Below are positions 16,915 to 29,500 of a stretch of 64,000 nt of DNA, piece after piece; positions within the stretch are counted from its first letter, which is position 1, and the number at the start of each line of letters is the position of its first letter. The notes below the pieces were generated by a model. That model made no database searches. It had not been told where the DNA came from and was given only the letters and a program-made list of their open reading frames with translations. The translations under genes were made by a program, and so were the position numbers. Source of the stretch: Dictyostelium discoideum (lineage: Eukaryota). The stretch is taken from contig CM000155.2 in the NCBI GenBank assembly GCA_000004695.1, positions 2,400,001 to 2,464,000 on the forward strand, read 5' to 3'.

Positions 16915-17008
16915 GATATTTATTTATTTATTTTCAAAAATAAAATAAAACTTACCCAACACCACCACCACCCATAACAACTAATTTATATTCATTTGAA
17001 ACTGACAT
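15988..17008 (-). CDS. rasB: Ras-subfamily small GTPase, 197 aa (RasB-like). Four exons: 17008..16956, 16793..16729, 16619..16526, 16369..15988.
   Basis: Spliced product [18 protein letters not shown]|[22 protein letters not shown]|[31 protein letters not shown]|[25 protein letters not shown]...[21 protein letters not shown]...[20 protein letters not shown]. It has the P-loop, the switch I YDPTIEDSY, DTAGQ, NKCD, SAK and a polybasic CAAX box (CLIL). All four junctions are GT..AG and frame-consistent. The rasB identity comes from memory of the Dictyostelium RasB sequence and is not database-checked. Confidence 0.88.
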
Positions 17009-17706
17009 GGCTTTCTATAAGTAAAAAGGATATGTATAAAGTTTTGATTTTTTTTGCTGTGCGTGTTTGATTATTTCTAAATTAGTTGGAGGTTTTTTTT
17101 TTTTTTTAAAAAATATTTTTTTTTTTGTGTGAGTATAGGAATAAAAAATAAAAAAAATAAAAAAAAAAAAAAAAATTTGAAAAAAAAATAAAAAAAAAAA
17201 AAAAAAAAATTATTTTTAAAAAAAAAAATAAAATAAAAAAAAAAAATAAAAAATAAATATAAAAAATTAAAATTATCATCAAAACAAAAAATTAATTTGC
17301 GACTTACTTTTTTGATTATGACTTTTTACTATTGGAATTGTTTTATTTATTTATTTATTTTTTTATTTTATTATTTTTTTTTTTTATTTGTACTATTATT
17401 ATTTTATTTTTAAAATTTATTAGTTTTTTTTTTTTATTTTATAAAAAAAAATAAAAAAAAAAAAAAATAAAAAATTTTAATCAAAAAAAAAAAAATATTA
17501 AAATTTTTCAAAGAATTCATTGGATTGAAAGTTTTTATTCATTTTTTAAAATTTGATATTTTTGGATTGGAATGGGTGGTTCAAAAATTGAAAAAAAAAA
17601 AAAAAAAAAAAAAAAGATAGGAATGGGGTAGTTGGAAAAAAATAAAAAAATAAAAAAAAAAGGAAATTCAAAACAATGTTTTTGGATAGTTATTGAATTC
17701 CTTAAA

Positions 17707-17744
<38 letters not shown>

Positions 17745-18201
17745 CAGTATATTCAATACAATATCTTTATTATACTCAGAACCCTTGGCAAACCATCAAT
17801 CGATGTTAACTACTGGAAACATGATTGTGTGACCAAAAGCGATCAAATTAATATTCAATGGCGAAAAATACTATTACTTTCTCGACTTTATAATGACTAT
17901 CATCAAATCTCATCTCTGGAAGTCATATATTCGCTTCGAAAGATGCACTACTGAAAGAGTACTACTCAATACTTAAGAATCTATTAATTTCTTAATTAGA
18001 CAACTAAAGAATAATAAAAAACGCACCATTTGTCAAATTCAACAAAAGTCTCTTTAAATTCAAATTCCTTTATCCAAATTAATTTCTAATTCCAACTTTA
18101 AAAATCTCATACTTTTTTTTTTAATAATTAAATTTTAAACATTTGGATTATTATTTTTTTTTTTTTAAATTTTTTTTTTTAATTTTTATTATTTAAAATT
18201 T

Positions 18202-19728
18202 TTAATATCTACGACCACCATAATTTCCACCTCTATTACCGCCTCTATTACCACCACCATTTCTACCACCACCATTTCTACCACCACCACCATTTCTACC
18301 ACCACCATTTCCACCTTTCATATTTTGTCTATTTCTAATTGCGTTAATATCTAAAAATTCAGAAGGAACCTCTTGTTCGGATCTTTGTAAGAGATTAGTT
18401 AAATCACCAACCAATTCCATATCATCTAAAGAGTTATTTGAGAGAATTGAATGAGATGTACCGAGGGCACCTGCTCTACCGGTACGACCAATACGATGTA
18501 CATAAGTTTCACAATCAGAAGGTAAAGAGAAATTAATGACATGACTAATGCCTTTAATATCTAAACCTCTAGAGGCAACATCAGTTGCAACAACAATATC
18601 TAAACGTTTATTTTTGAAATCTTGAACGATTCTTTCACGTCTATTTTGATCGACATCACCGTGAAGGGTATCGATTCTAACGTTATCACCATTGGATTGA
18701 ATGTAATGTTTCAAGGTATCGGCACCTTTTTTGGTCATTGTAAAAATAAGAGTTTGTGCTTTTTCATCGGCTGAATAGATTTCACCCAATGTATCCATGA
18801 GGGCATCAACTTTGTCAGCATCGGTTGGAACGATTTTGAACTTTTGACTGATATTTTTATTGGCTGTCAATTGACTGCTACCGATTTGTAATCTAATTGG
18901 AGTTCTAATGTGTTTTTCAGCGAATGAGCTTACTTTCTTTGGCCAAGTTGCAGACCAATAGAGTACTTGTCTATCTGGACGAATTGAGTTGAAAATACCA
19001 TCAATTTGTTGTTCAAAACCCATCTCCATTAATCTATCTGCTTCATCAACGACTAAGAATGAAATATTCTTGAGGGATAAATCACCACTTTCCATAAAAT
19101 CGATAATTCTACCTGGAGTACCAACAACGATCTTTGGACGTCTAGACAATTGAAGTTGTTGAGAACGTCTTGGGGCGCCACCATAGATTGTGGCGATTTC
19201 AATATTTACCAATCTAAGATATTGTTCGGCTTCTTGATTGATTTGATTTGCCAACTCACGAGTTGGTGCAACTACTAATACCGATGGTCCTGGATAGTAG
19301 GATTGACGTGGTTGTGCCAATATATGTTCGATTGCTGGTAAAATGAATGAAAGTGTTTTACCTGAACCTGTCTTTGAAATACCCAACATATCACTACCTG
19401 ACAAGGCAATTGGCCAACCTAAACTTTGAACTGGTGTTGGTTTTTCAAATTTTTTAGATAAGAAATTTTTAATTGTACTTTGGAATGGAACTGACTCTAT
19501 GGTATCAATTGGTTTTGGTAAATAAAAATTATTTTCCTTTTTAATTGATATCTCAAACTCTTTAATAAAATCCATTGTTTCTTGTTGATCCTCTGTTGGT
19601 AAATCTATTAATCTCTTTCTAATTGGTGCCATATTTTTTAATTCATCATCCCAATTAATTTCTCTTTTTTTATTCCCAAAATTATCAAAACCATTATTTG
19701 ATTTACTATTATATCCATCATTATTCAT
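18202..19728 (-). CDS. DEAD-box ATP-dependent RNA helicase of the DDX5/DDX17/Dbp2 type with a C-terminal RGG/RNGGG repeat tail.
   Basis: 508-aa ORF with all helicase motifs: Q-motif FEKPTPVQ, motif I GISKTGSGKT, Ia PTRELA, II VVDEADRLM (DEAD), III SAT, V, and VI HRIGRTGRAG. The C-terminus is GGNGGGRNGGGGRNGGGRNGGGNRGGNRGGNYGGRRY. The frame stays open for about 55 codons upstream of the ATG with no Met, so a further 5' exon or a long 5' leader cannot be excluded. Confidence 0.93.
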   Translation of the reverse strand: MNNDGYNSKSNNGFDNFGNKKREINWDDELKNMAPIRKRLIDLPTEDQQETMDFIKEFEISIKKENNFYLPKPIDTIESVPFQSTIKNFLSKKFEKPTPVQSLGWPIALSGSDMLGISKTGSGKTLSFILPAIEHILAQPRQSYYPGPSVLVVAPTRELANQINQEAEQYLRLVNIEIATIYGGAPRRSQQLQLSRRPKIVVGTPGRIIDFMESGDLSLKNISFLVVDEADRLMEMGFEQQIDGIFNSIRPDRQVLYWSATWPKKVSSFAEKHIRTPIRLQIGSSQLTANKNISQKFKIVPTDADKVDALMDTLGEIYSADEKAQTLIFTMTKKGADTLKHYIQSNGDNVRIDTLHGDVDQNRRERIVQDFKNKRLDIVVATDVASRGLDIKGISHVINFSLPSDCETYVHRIGRTGRAGALGTSHSILSNNSLDDMELVGDLTNLLQRSEQEVPSEFLDINAIRNRQNMKGGNGGGRNGGGGRNGGGRNGGGNRGGNRGGNYGGRRY

Positions 19729-19733
19729 AAAAC

Positions 19734-19764
<31 letters not shown>

Positions 19765-19897
19765 GTTATTTTGATAATTATTAGTCTCTCCAAATGATTG
19801 AGTTGATCCTTCACTTCTTCTTTGAAATGATGCAAATAATGGTTCTGTTGATCTAAATGTACTTATACTTCTTATACCATTTGTATGTTTTATTGCC

Positions 19898-19934
<37 letters not shown>

Positions 19935-20375
19935 TCAAAAATTTAATTTTATTTATTAAGAGTATATATATTTTAAATCATTACTTACATTTTTAAATAA
20001 TTTAATTCCCAACATTTTTAAAAAAATATATATGTTTAAAAATAATTATTATTAACTATTTATTTTTTCAAATATGTTGAACAAAATGAAATAAAAAACG
20101 AAAAAAATTATTTAAAAAAAACAAAAAAACGAAAAAAATATTTTTTATTTATTTTTATTTTTATTTATTTTAATTTTTTTTTTTTTATTTCGGTTTTTCA
20201 GTAACTGTAAATTGCGTGTAAAAATATCAAAACTAAAAAGCAGTAGGGGTGTTGGTTGAGAAAAAAAAAATATATATATATAAAAAAAAAAATTAAAATA
20301 ATTATTGTAAAAAATAAATAATTAAGAAATTTTTATTTTCAACTCTCTTACCAATATTCCATTATACAAAAAACT

Positions 20376-20416
<41 letters not shown>

Positions 20417-20534
20417 AAAATTAAGGTTATTTTTAGAATTATTTTAATTAAATCTTTTTTTTTTTTTATTTTTTTTTTTTATTTTTTTTTTATTTATTTT
20501 TTTTATTTATTTTTTTTTTTAATTTTTTATTTTA

Positions 20535-23498
20535 TTATCTTGGTTTTAGTTCTGATTGTGATTCTTGTGCTTTTGTAATTTGTTTGACTTTATATTTCAA
20601 AGTTTGAGTTGTTGGTAAACGATTTCTAAAGTAAATAACAGTACCAATAATAGCAGCACCACCAGCAATACCAACTACAATACCAACGATTGCACCAGTT
20701 GACAAACTTGATTTACCACCATTACCACCATTACCACCATTACCATTACCATTATTACCATCACCAACATTTCCACAACCATCACTTCTAATTAATAAAC
20801 CAAAGTTTTTACCAGAATTACTACTACTTGCGGAATAACATGATGGTAATGATTTCTCTTCTCCACTTGTTGGGTCATAGGTACCAAATTTAATTTCACC
20901 AAATCCAGTACCAGATAAATTTTCATAATTTATTAAAGTTTGATTAAATACTTGAGTTGAATTTGTTGAATTTGTAGTTGTTGGTGTTGGTGTTGGATTT
21001 AATAAACTATCAATGAAATATTGATTAATTCTAATTATTAATGTTGAATTATTAATTGTTGCATTTTTACCAATATTAATAAATGTTGAATTGGTTAAAC
21101 TATCTAAAGTGAAAATGAATTGACCATTTTCAGAATTTAATTCACCACTGACATTTAATGTACCAATGATAGCTTTATCACCAACAATACCATCGGATAC
21201 TGATAATGAGGAATTAATGGTACCAATGCCATATAAAGAACCATTTGATAAATTAATAGTTTCATCTGAGTGAACCAAAGCATCATCTAAAACTAATAAT
21301 CCACCATCTTGATTATAGGTCTTGATGGAAGTTTCTTTGGAGATTTTAACATTACCACCTTTATTAACAAATGGAACTAAAACTTGAATACCATTTTCAC
21401 CACCAAACATTTCAATAGTACCAGAGTTTATAAATGATTCGCCACCAGTATTATTAATTGGTAATACATTTGATTGTAGAATGAAATGAGCATCATTTCT
21501 TAAACTACCACCTTCATTAATGATAATATCACCCAATGTTGTAACTTCACCAAAACTATTAAATAATTGAGTATTTAAAAGTGATAATGATGAACCACTA
21601 TTTAATTTCAAAGATCCTTTCATAATTGTGATTGATGTATTATAGGTTGTCATATTTGAATTATTTTCAAGTACCATTTCACCTTCAACAATTTTCATTG
21701 ATCCAAATTCAATTAGAAAATTTGCTCCTTCATTATTTGTAAATGTACCATCAATTACATAATCACTAGTTGATGTTACTAATGTTCCATAGTTTCTAAA
21801 TTCACCACCAACTGTAACATTTGAATAGAAAATAAATAAACTACCAGTCTATTAAAATTTTTTTTTTTTAAAAAAAAAAAAGTTGTTAGTAGGTTAAACA
21901 ACCAGATGTTTTTTTTTTTTTTTTTTTATTAAAAAAAAACTTACGTTAATGAATGAACCAGTCACAGATAATAATGAATTATTAAAAATATTTGAACCAT
22001 TTAAATTTTGAGTAAAATCATAATATTGACCTTGAATATAAAATTCAGAATTTGCAACAACAAATGAGGATTTTCCAGAGAATGAAGTATAATTGGTAAC
22101 TTTAACAATTGAATTTACAACTTCAAATAATGATGAATCCATCATATTAAGTACTTGATCAATTGACATTATACTATTACTCATACTAACTCTGGAATTA
22201 TTGTAAAAAACAGATTCTTGAGCGATTGTCATTGTTGAGTCAAAAATTTCCAATGCAGAGTTATCAGATGTAAGTAAATGAGCATCTAAAATACCAACAC
22301 TTCCCATTTTAAATTGTAATAAACTATTATCACGAACAAAAAAGAATCTATTCCAATTGGATGGAATTTCTGGAATACTGATTAAAAAGGTGGAATTTTC
22401 AACATAAATCATTGAATTACCCAAAGTTGCAAATTGACTCATAATATTAATTTCAGAGTTTGAAATTAAACCACTACTTGCACCATCAAATAACAATGAT
22501 TTACCTGTTGTCAATTTGGAATTATAAAGACCCAATAAAGAATCACCATCAAATTCAACCTCATCATTAAAAGTTACATTTGAATTTTCTTTGATAAGTA
22601 TCAAACTTGTTAATGAACTTCCACTAACAATAATTTGATGTTTACAATCAAATACACTATTTAAAAAGACCAATTGACTATCAACCCATCTACTAATTGG
22701 AACTAATTTAACCAATCCAAAATCAACAATACTATTTTCAAAAGTTAATTTGGTTTTATTTCCAGTCAAGAGCATACTATTGTAAATTGATATTTTTGAA
22801 TCTTTAATATTTAAAAGTGATCCATCTTTTACTACAAATTTATTAAGAGTGTTATTGATAACAATAGTACTTTGAGAAATGACATCCCATTGAGAATAGA
22901 GATCAATAAATGCATTTTCAACCAACATTGTAGCATTTGACATGAGAAGTAGGGAGAGTGTATAGTCTAAATAAAATCCGGAAACCAAGGTATCTTGAAT
23001 AACCCAACCTACTCCACCATAAATACTAACACTTGCATTTGGAGCATAGAAATGTTTACCCAATGTTCTTAAAGTACAACCTGCGGCACAAATTAAAGTT
23101 TCAGCATCGATTCTGAAATCTGGATTTTCTAATGGATCGCCACTAATATTAAATATTACTTCTTGAGGGGCAAATTGGTCTTTGACTTGGAATAGTGCAG
23201 TTTGAATACCATATTTGGAATTAAAGTTTGTTGAATAATTAAAACCACCAACATAAATTTTAGATGCAATAGCTTTTTGATAGTGGTTGGTTACTATTTG
23301 ATTGGAAACTAATGTTAAGTATGTTTCATCATTTAATGTTGGAAGTGTTGTTTGGCTACTACTAATATAATCATACCAATTATTATTATCACTCCAATCT
23401 CCAACATTTACAGAAAAAAAAAGTTTAATATCACAACTAATAAAATTTAATAAATTTATTATTATAAATAAAAAAATTATTATATTATTATTATTCAT
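20535..23498 (-). CDS. Large secreted/type-I membrane protein of about 955 aa (signal peptide, Asn/Thr/Ser-rich repetitive ectodomain, single C-terminal TM, short basic tail). Two exons: 23498..21946, 21848..20535.
   Basis: The N-terminus MNNNNIIIFLFIIINLLNFISCD is a signal peptide. Exon 1 ends ...TGSFIN|gtaagt. Exon 2 starts at ttttaatag|ACTGGTAG and continues in frame into the downstream ORF (…GSMKIVEGEMVLENN…). There are many N-x-S/T sequons and repetitive beta-strand-like Ser/Asn/Thr segments. A Gly-rich stalk GNGNGGNGGNGG precedes the TM GAIVGIVVGIAGGAAIIGTVIYF and RNRLPTT... I see no homology to a named family. Confidence 0.65.
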
Positions 23499-23603
23499 TT
23501 TTTAATTTTAAATTATTCTTATTTTCCAATTATTTTTTTATTTTTTTTTTATTATTTTATTATTTTTTATTTTTTTATTTTTTATTTTTTTAATTATTAT
23601 TAT

Positions 23604-23650
<47 letters not shown>

Positions 23651-23846
23651 TTTGTTTATTTTTTATTATTATTTTATTTTTTTTATTTATTTTTTTTTAT
23701 TTTATTCTATTATTTTTTTTTTTTTTTTTTTCTTTTTTTTTTTTTTTGATTTATTTATTTTTATTTTTTACTATTTTACAAAATCCAAAAAAAAAAAAAA
23801 AATTAATAAAATCCCAATTATCTTTTTTTTTTTTTTTTTAAAAATG

Positions 23847-23879
<33 letters not shown>

Positions 23880-24395
23880 TTTTTAAACCAATTTATAAAT
23901 TTCTGGTTTTGTGATTATATTTTTTTTTATTTTTTTTTTCATTTTTTTTTTTTTTTTTGGTTCAATATTATTTTTTGATATTTATATTACCCTCTTGAAA
24001 TTAAAATAAAAAAAAAAAAAATCAACATACAAAAACCCGAAAAAAGATTTTTTTTGGAAGTCAATCTATTAAAATATCCGAAACCCACTGGTGTTGATAT
24101 TTTTTCATAGTTCAACATTGTAAGATAACTGTTTACAATCAATTTTAGTATTGGAATGGTGCGATATTTTCATGTTTTTTGATAAAATTTCTTCCCAAAA
24201 AAAAAAAAAAAAAAAAAAAAAAATAAAAATAAAAAAATTTTTTTTTTTTTACATACATATGAAACAAAGGACCCGCCTCGAAAAATAAAAAAAAAAATGA
24301 AAAAAAAAATGAAAAAATAAAAAAGATTTTTTTAAGGCTTCTTTTTTAAAAAAATCGTTTTTGGGGTTACAATATTTTTTAATTAGCACCAGGCC

Positions 24396-24426
<31 letters not shown>

Positions 24427-25490
24427 TTATATAGATGGTTATTATAAAAATAGAAAATATCTTTTTTTTTAAAAAAAAATCTATTAATGAAAAGGTATGT
24501 AGGATATTATTTCATTAATATTTTTTTTCATGCTCCAAAAATAAATATCCTTTCCTAAAAAAAAAAAAAAAAGTTTTAATATCAGTAATTTAAAAAATAT
24601 TATTGTCCCTAAATTTTTTAAGTTTTTTAATATTAGTTTTTTTTATATTTAGTTTTTTTTTTTTTTTTTTTTTTTTTTTTCAATATATTTATTTAACAAA
24701 GGAATTTCTTTTTATTCATATTTTTTTCTTTTAAAATTATTTTTAAATCAAAGAGAACACCTTTATCACCATTGATAAAATTTAATAAGGAATTCAAAAC
24801 ACCCAATCCACACGATTTTTGAATATCTGTGTGGGGTTATGCTTATATCTGGATATGATTTTTTTTATTTTTTATTTTTTATTTTTTTTCTTTTCCCACA
24901 ATTTCTTTTTTTGTTAATTTTTTAAAATTATTTTAAAAATGAATATTTTATTTAAAATAAAATAAATTAAAAACAAAATTAAATTAAAAATAAAATTAAA
25001 AATTAAAAAAAAATAAAAAAAATAAAAAAAAAAAAAATAAATATTACTAAATTAAAAAAAAAAAAGAAAAAATAAATAAATAAAAAAAAAAAATGAAAAA
25101 TTTAGTCCATGGAAATTAATTTTAAAATTATTATTGAAATAAAAAAAATTGTAGTAAAATATATAACATAGAAGGGATATATTTGTATTAGATTATTTAA
25201 AAAATTTATTTTTTTTAAACTTAACCATTTAACCATATTTTTAATAAAAAATTAAAATTATTAAAAATATTACATTTTAAAATAATTTCTTCCAAAATTA
25301 TTATTGCTTTAATAATTATTTTTTTTTAAGAAATATAGTAAATAACACCTTTTTTAAAAAAGGTAAGTTCATATTATAAATTATTTTACACTTTTTGTTT
25401 TTTTTTTTACTTTTAATAATTTATTAATTTTTTCTTTTATTATTGTTTTATATAATTATTTTTTTGTTTATGTTCGAAAAAAAAAGTGTA

Positions 25491-25521
<31 letters not shown>

Positions 25522-25522
<1 letters not shown>

Positions 25523-25979
25523 TGGGAAGTGACACAATTGAAAGTTATCACCCAAATAATAAAGGTGGATTTAGTACTAGTTCAAAACCTTACACATTAA
25601 ATAATATTCAATATCATACACCACCACCACTACCACCACATCCACAAGTTAATGAAGATTCACCATTGGTATCAAGACAAGAAAGAGATTATCCAATTGA
25701 GTCATCAATAGATATTGGTGAAGGGGTTCATGCTATAGTAGATTATAGGATTAAGGATAAATTGGATTTTTATTCATTATGGGGTAATATTCTTTGTTTC
25801 TCTCAACTTGTTTTAGGTTCATTTTTATACTTTTCAAGTGGATTAGATTCTTATTTCATTTTAACAACAATCGCTCTTGTTTCTCATACTTTAAGTTGTT
25901 GTTTAGGTTTATATGCAATTGCAATAAAACATATTCTTTTACTTATAAATGTAAATATTAAAATTAATTTTAATTTTAA

Positions 25980-26023
<44 letters not shown>

Positions 26024-26469
26024 TTAAAAAAATTATATAGTATACAGTATATGCATTTTTAATATTAGGAGTTAACATTGCAGTTTTCGTTTTATCAATT
26101 TTATCAATGAAAGATAACTATCCTTGGTTTTTATTCATTGGTGGTTTATTAATTTTAAACCTTCAATTCTTTGGATTAAGATATATTATCTCATTATCTC
26201 TATTATTAAGAGATTTACAAAAAAAAGAATCATTTATTCAAGCTAGTATTGTTACTGGTCCAAATCCACAATTAATCTCTCAACCTCCAAAACAACCAAA
26301 ACAGGTTTATCAAACATTTTATCCAGGATTACAATCTCAACAACAACAACAACCTCAACAACAATATTATTATTATACAACACCATTAACAACCACTACA
26401 AATCAACAAAATACAACCCCAACAACTTCAAATCAAAATCAAAATTCAAATTTATCTTATAAATTATAA
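25522..26469 (+). CDS. Small multi-pass membrane protein of about 285 aa with a Pro-rich N-tail and a Gln/Thr-rich C-tail. Two exons: 25522..25950, 26041..26469.
   Basis: Likely start MGSDTIESYHP; the track ORF's upstream MYKKKKKK is poly-A translation. Exon 1 ends AIKHILLLIN|gtaaat. Exon 2 starts at tatatag|TATACAGTA, reading YTVYAFLILGVNIAVFVLSILSMKDNYPWFLFIGGLLILNLQFFGLRYIISLSLLL. There are four predicted TM helices. The C-tail is QQQQQPQQQYYYYTTPLTTTTNQQNTT. Confidence 0.55.
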
Positions 26470-26563
26470 AAATAAATAAATAAATTGTTTCATTAAATTA
26501 TTTTTAACATTAAGGTTTTTTATTTTTTTATTATTACTTTTTTTTTTTTTTTTTTTTTTTCTA

Positions 26564-29500
26564 TTATTTATGATAATTTAAGAAATAAATATTACCATTT
26601 TTATCAGCAGTAATAATTTGATTTTGATGAATATCCATTGAAGTTATTGGTGATTGATGGATAAATTCATTTTCAATTGAGGAAGTTGAGAAATTCCAAA
26701 CTATTAATGAACGATCATTTGAAACTGAAACTAAACGAGTGGAATCTAAGAATTTTAGAGAGGTGATTGAAGATACTTGAGTGGTAAGAATACGTCTTAA
26801 TTTACCAGAGGCAATATCCAATAATTCAACAGTACCATCAAATGTACCAATAGCAAGGTATTTATCATTTGGTGAGAATGATAAAGAGGTTACATAACTT
26901 GAAGAGGTTTGATGAGTAACTGGTTTATCATTAAGTGGTGAAAAGATTTTAACTTGTTTTGTTCTTGAACCAGCAGCTAATAAATCACCAGATGTTGAGA
27001 ATTCAACAGATTCTACCCAATCATCGAATGAAACGATTGGATCAAAATATTTTTCACTACAATTGAGAAGATTGACACAATTAGTCCATGTTGAGAAAGC
27101 GAATAAATCGATATAATCTGGTGATTCAGTTGATTGTATGTTTAAACTTGGGTGGGCTGAAGATCTGGTGATCTTACCATTGGTTTTTTCTTTATGTAAA
27201 ACTGTTTTCCAATCCTTTGAATAGACTTCCAATGTACCATCTTGTAAACCAATGAACAATACACCACTACGATTGAAGGAACATGTTGTAACTGGTGATT
27301 CAAAGATCATTGTTTTCAAGTTTATATGAGTTTTAGCGTCCCAAATATTTAATACACAATCTTGACCACAAGTTGCGACATATTTACCATCCTTTGAGAA
27401 AACACATTGATTAATGGAACCTTTATGTGCGGATGTTGTGGCTGTTGCTGAATTGAATTCCCAAAGTTTAACTGTACCATCATCTGATGAAGATGCAATT
27501 GAAAGGGTTACTGGAGCATCAGATGAAGATGAGAATGATGAGAATGATGAGAAACTTGAACTACCACCACCACCAGAGTTTGGATTGAATTGAACTTGTT
27601 TAATTGGACCAGAATGACCAGTTAATGTAGCTAAACAAGAACCAGCAACTGGATACCAACTCTTTATGATACCATCATCTGATGAAGAGAAAATTCTACC
27701 AGAGGCATCGGAAGAGCTTACAACATCACTAATACGAGTTTGGTGACGAAGGGAAGTAATTTCAGAACCAAATTGAGCATCCCAAACTTTTACACTACCA
27801 TCAAAGCTTGCACTGATAATGTATTTTTGATCCTTTGTAAAGAATGCTTTTTCAATTGAACTTGAGTGACCCTTTAGACATAGTAGCTCTTTTTGAGTTT
27901 TAATATTCCAAACACGTAAATTGAAATCCCAACCACCAGAAACCAATTTCTTTGAATCTGGTGAGAAAGTACAAAAGTTTACCCAATCAGTATGACCTTT
28001 GAGACGGAATAATAACTTCTTACTTGAGCAAAGGTAAACTGCAATTGAACAATCACGAGAAACAGTAGCAATATATTTACCATCAGGTGAGTAGACACAA
28101 TGTTTGATTGTATTGGTTGAACCTTCTGTTGATAAAGTTGTAGAGGTTGTAAATCTTGACCAAACCTTTGTACTATAATCATCGGAACAAGAGATGAGTT
28201 CACATTCATTGGTTGGATTAAATGAGATACAATTGATTGGATCGTTATGAGCTTTTTCAATTGTATATTCAGCTTTATGAGTTTGAACATTCCAAACTTT
28301 AATAAGTAAATCTTCAGAGGTTGATGCAATTAAATTACCACTTGGAGAGAAGGTAATACTAGTGATTGCACGAGTATGACCATGAAGTTTTGCAACTTCA
28401 CGATATATTGTATTTGAAGAGACATCAAATAATCTAACGGTACAATCGGTGGCACCAACTGCTAATAATGGTTGAGTTGGAGAGAATGCTAAACAATTGG
28501 CCCAACAATCACCTGGAATTAAAAAGTTGGTTAATTGAGTACCCAAAGTTGAAGACCAAACCTTTGCAGTTGCATCATCTGAACCAGTGACAATGTAGTT
28601 ACCATCATTGGACAATGAACAATGATTAACTGATTTACTATGATTACCCATTACAGAGATTAACTTTTGAGAGTTGACATCGAATAGTAAAACATCATTC
28701 TTCATTGTGGTTGCAAGGATTTGTTTAGAGTTTGCACTAAATTTACAAGATTTAATTGAGCCATAAGATAAAGATGCATCGATTACATGTTTTAATCTAT
28801 CTTTAGCGATTGTATCGAATGGGTTCCAAATTTTAATGGTACCATCCCAAGAAGAAGATGCAATTAATGTACCATCTGGAGACCAACAACAACTATTGAC
28901 TGGTTTTGAATGGGCTGATCTAAAGTTTCTAAAGATATTCTTATCAGAGGTATTGAAAATGATAATTGAAGAATCCCAAGCACAACTCATAAGTAAGTTA
29001 TTGGCAGTTGGAGAGAATTCACAATAGTTTACGGCACGACTATGATCTTTGAATTGGTGGATTTGATTACCAACAATTAAATCCCAAACGATAACTGTAT
29101 TATCCCAACTTGAACTTGCCAAAGTTTTACCATCATCAGAGAATGAGAAACAAGAGATCCAATTTGAATGGCCAACCAATGTTAATAACTCTGAACCATT
29201 CGAAGCTTTGAAAATATGAATGATTGAATCTTTACCAGCAGAGGCAATCATTGAACCATCACGTGAATAACAACAAGCGGTTGCACCGTCTTCTAAACCA
29301 GTTATAGTTTGTTTACAACTATCTTTAATTTGTGGTTTATTCAACCATTCGATCCAAGTTTTATGTTTTAAACCACCAGATTCACTTGCGGCAACCTTAT
29401 GACAATAGGATTTATTTGGTTGATTGTAAGCTTGTTGGAATGTTAATTCTGGTGATTTTGAAAGGATGTGAGTATTGGCAGAAATGAAACCACAGAAATC

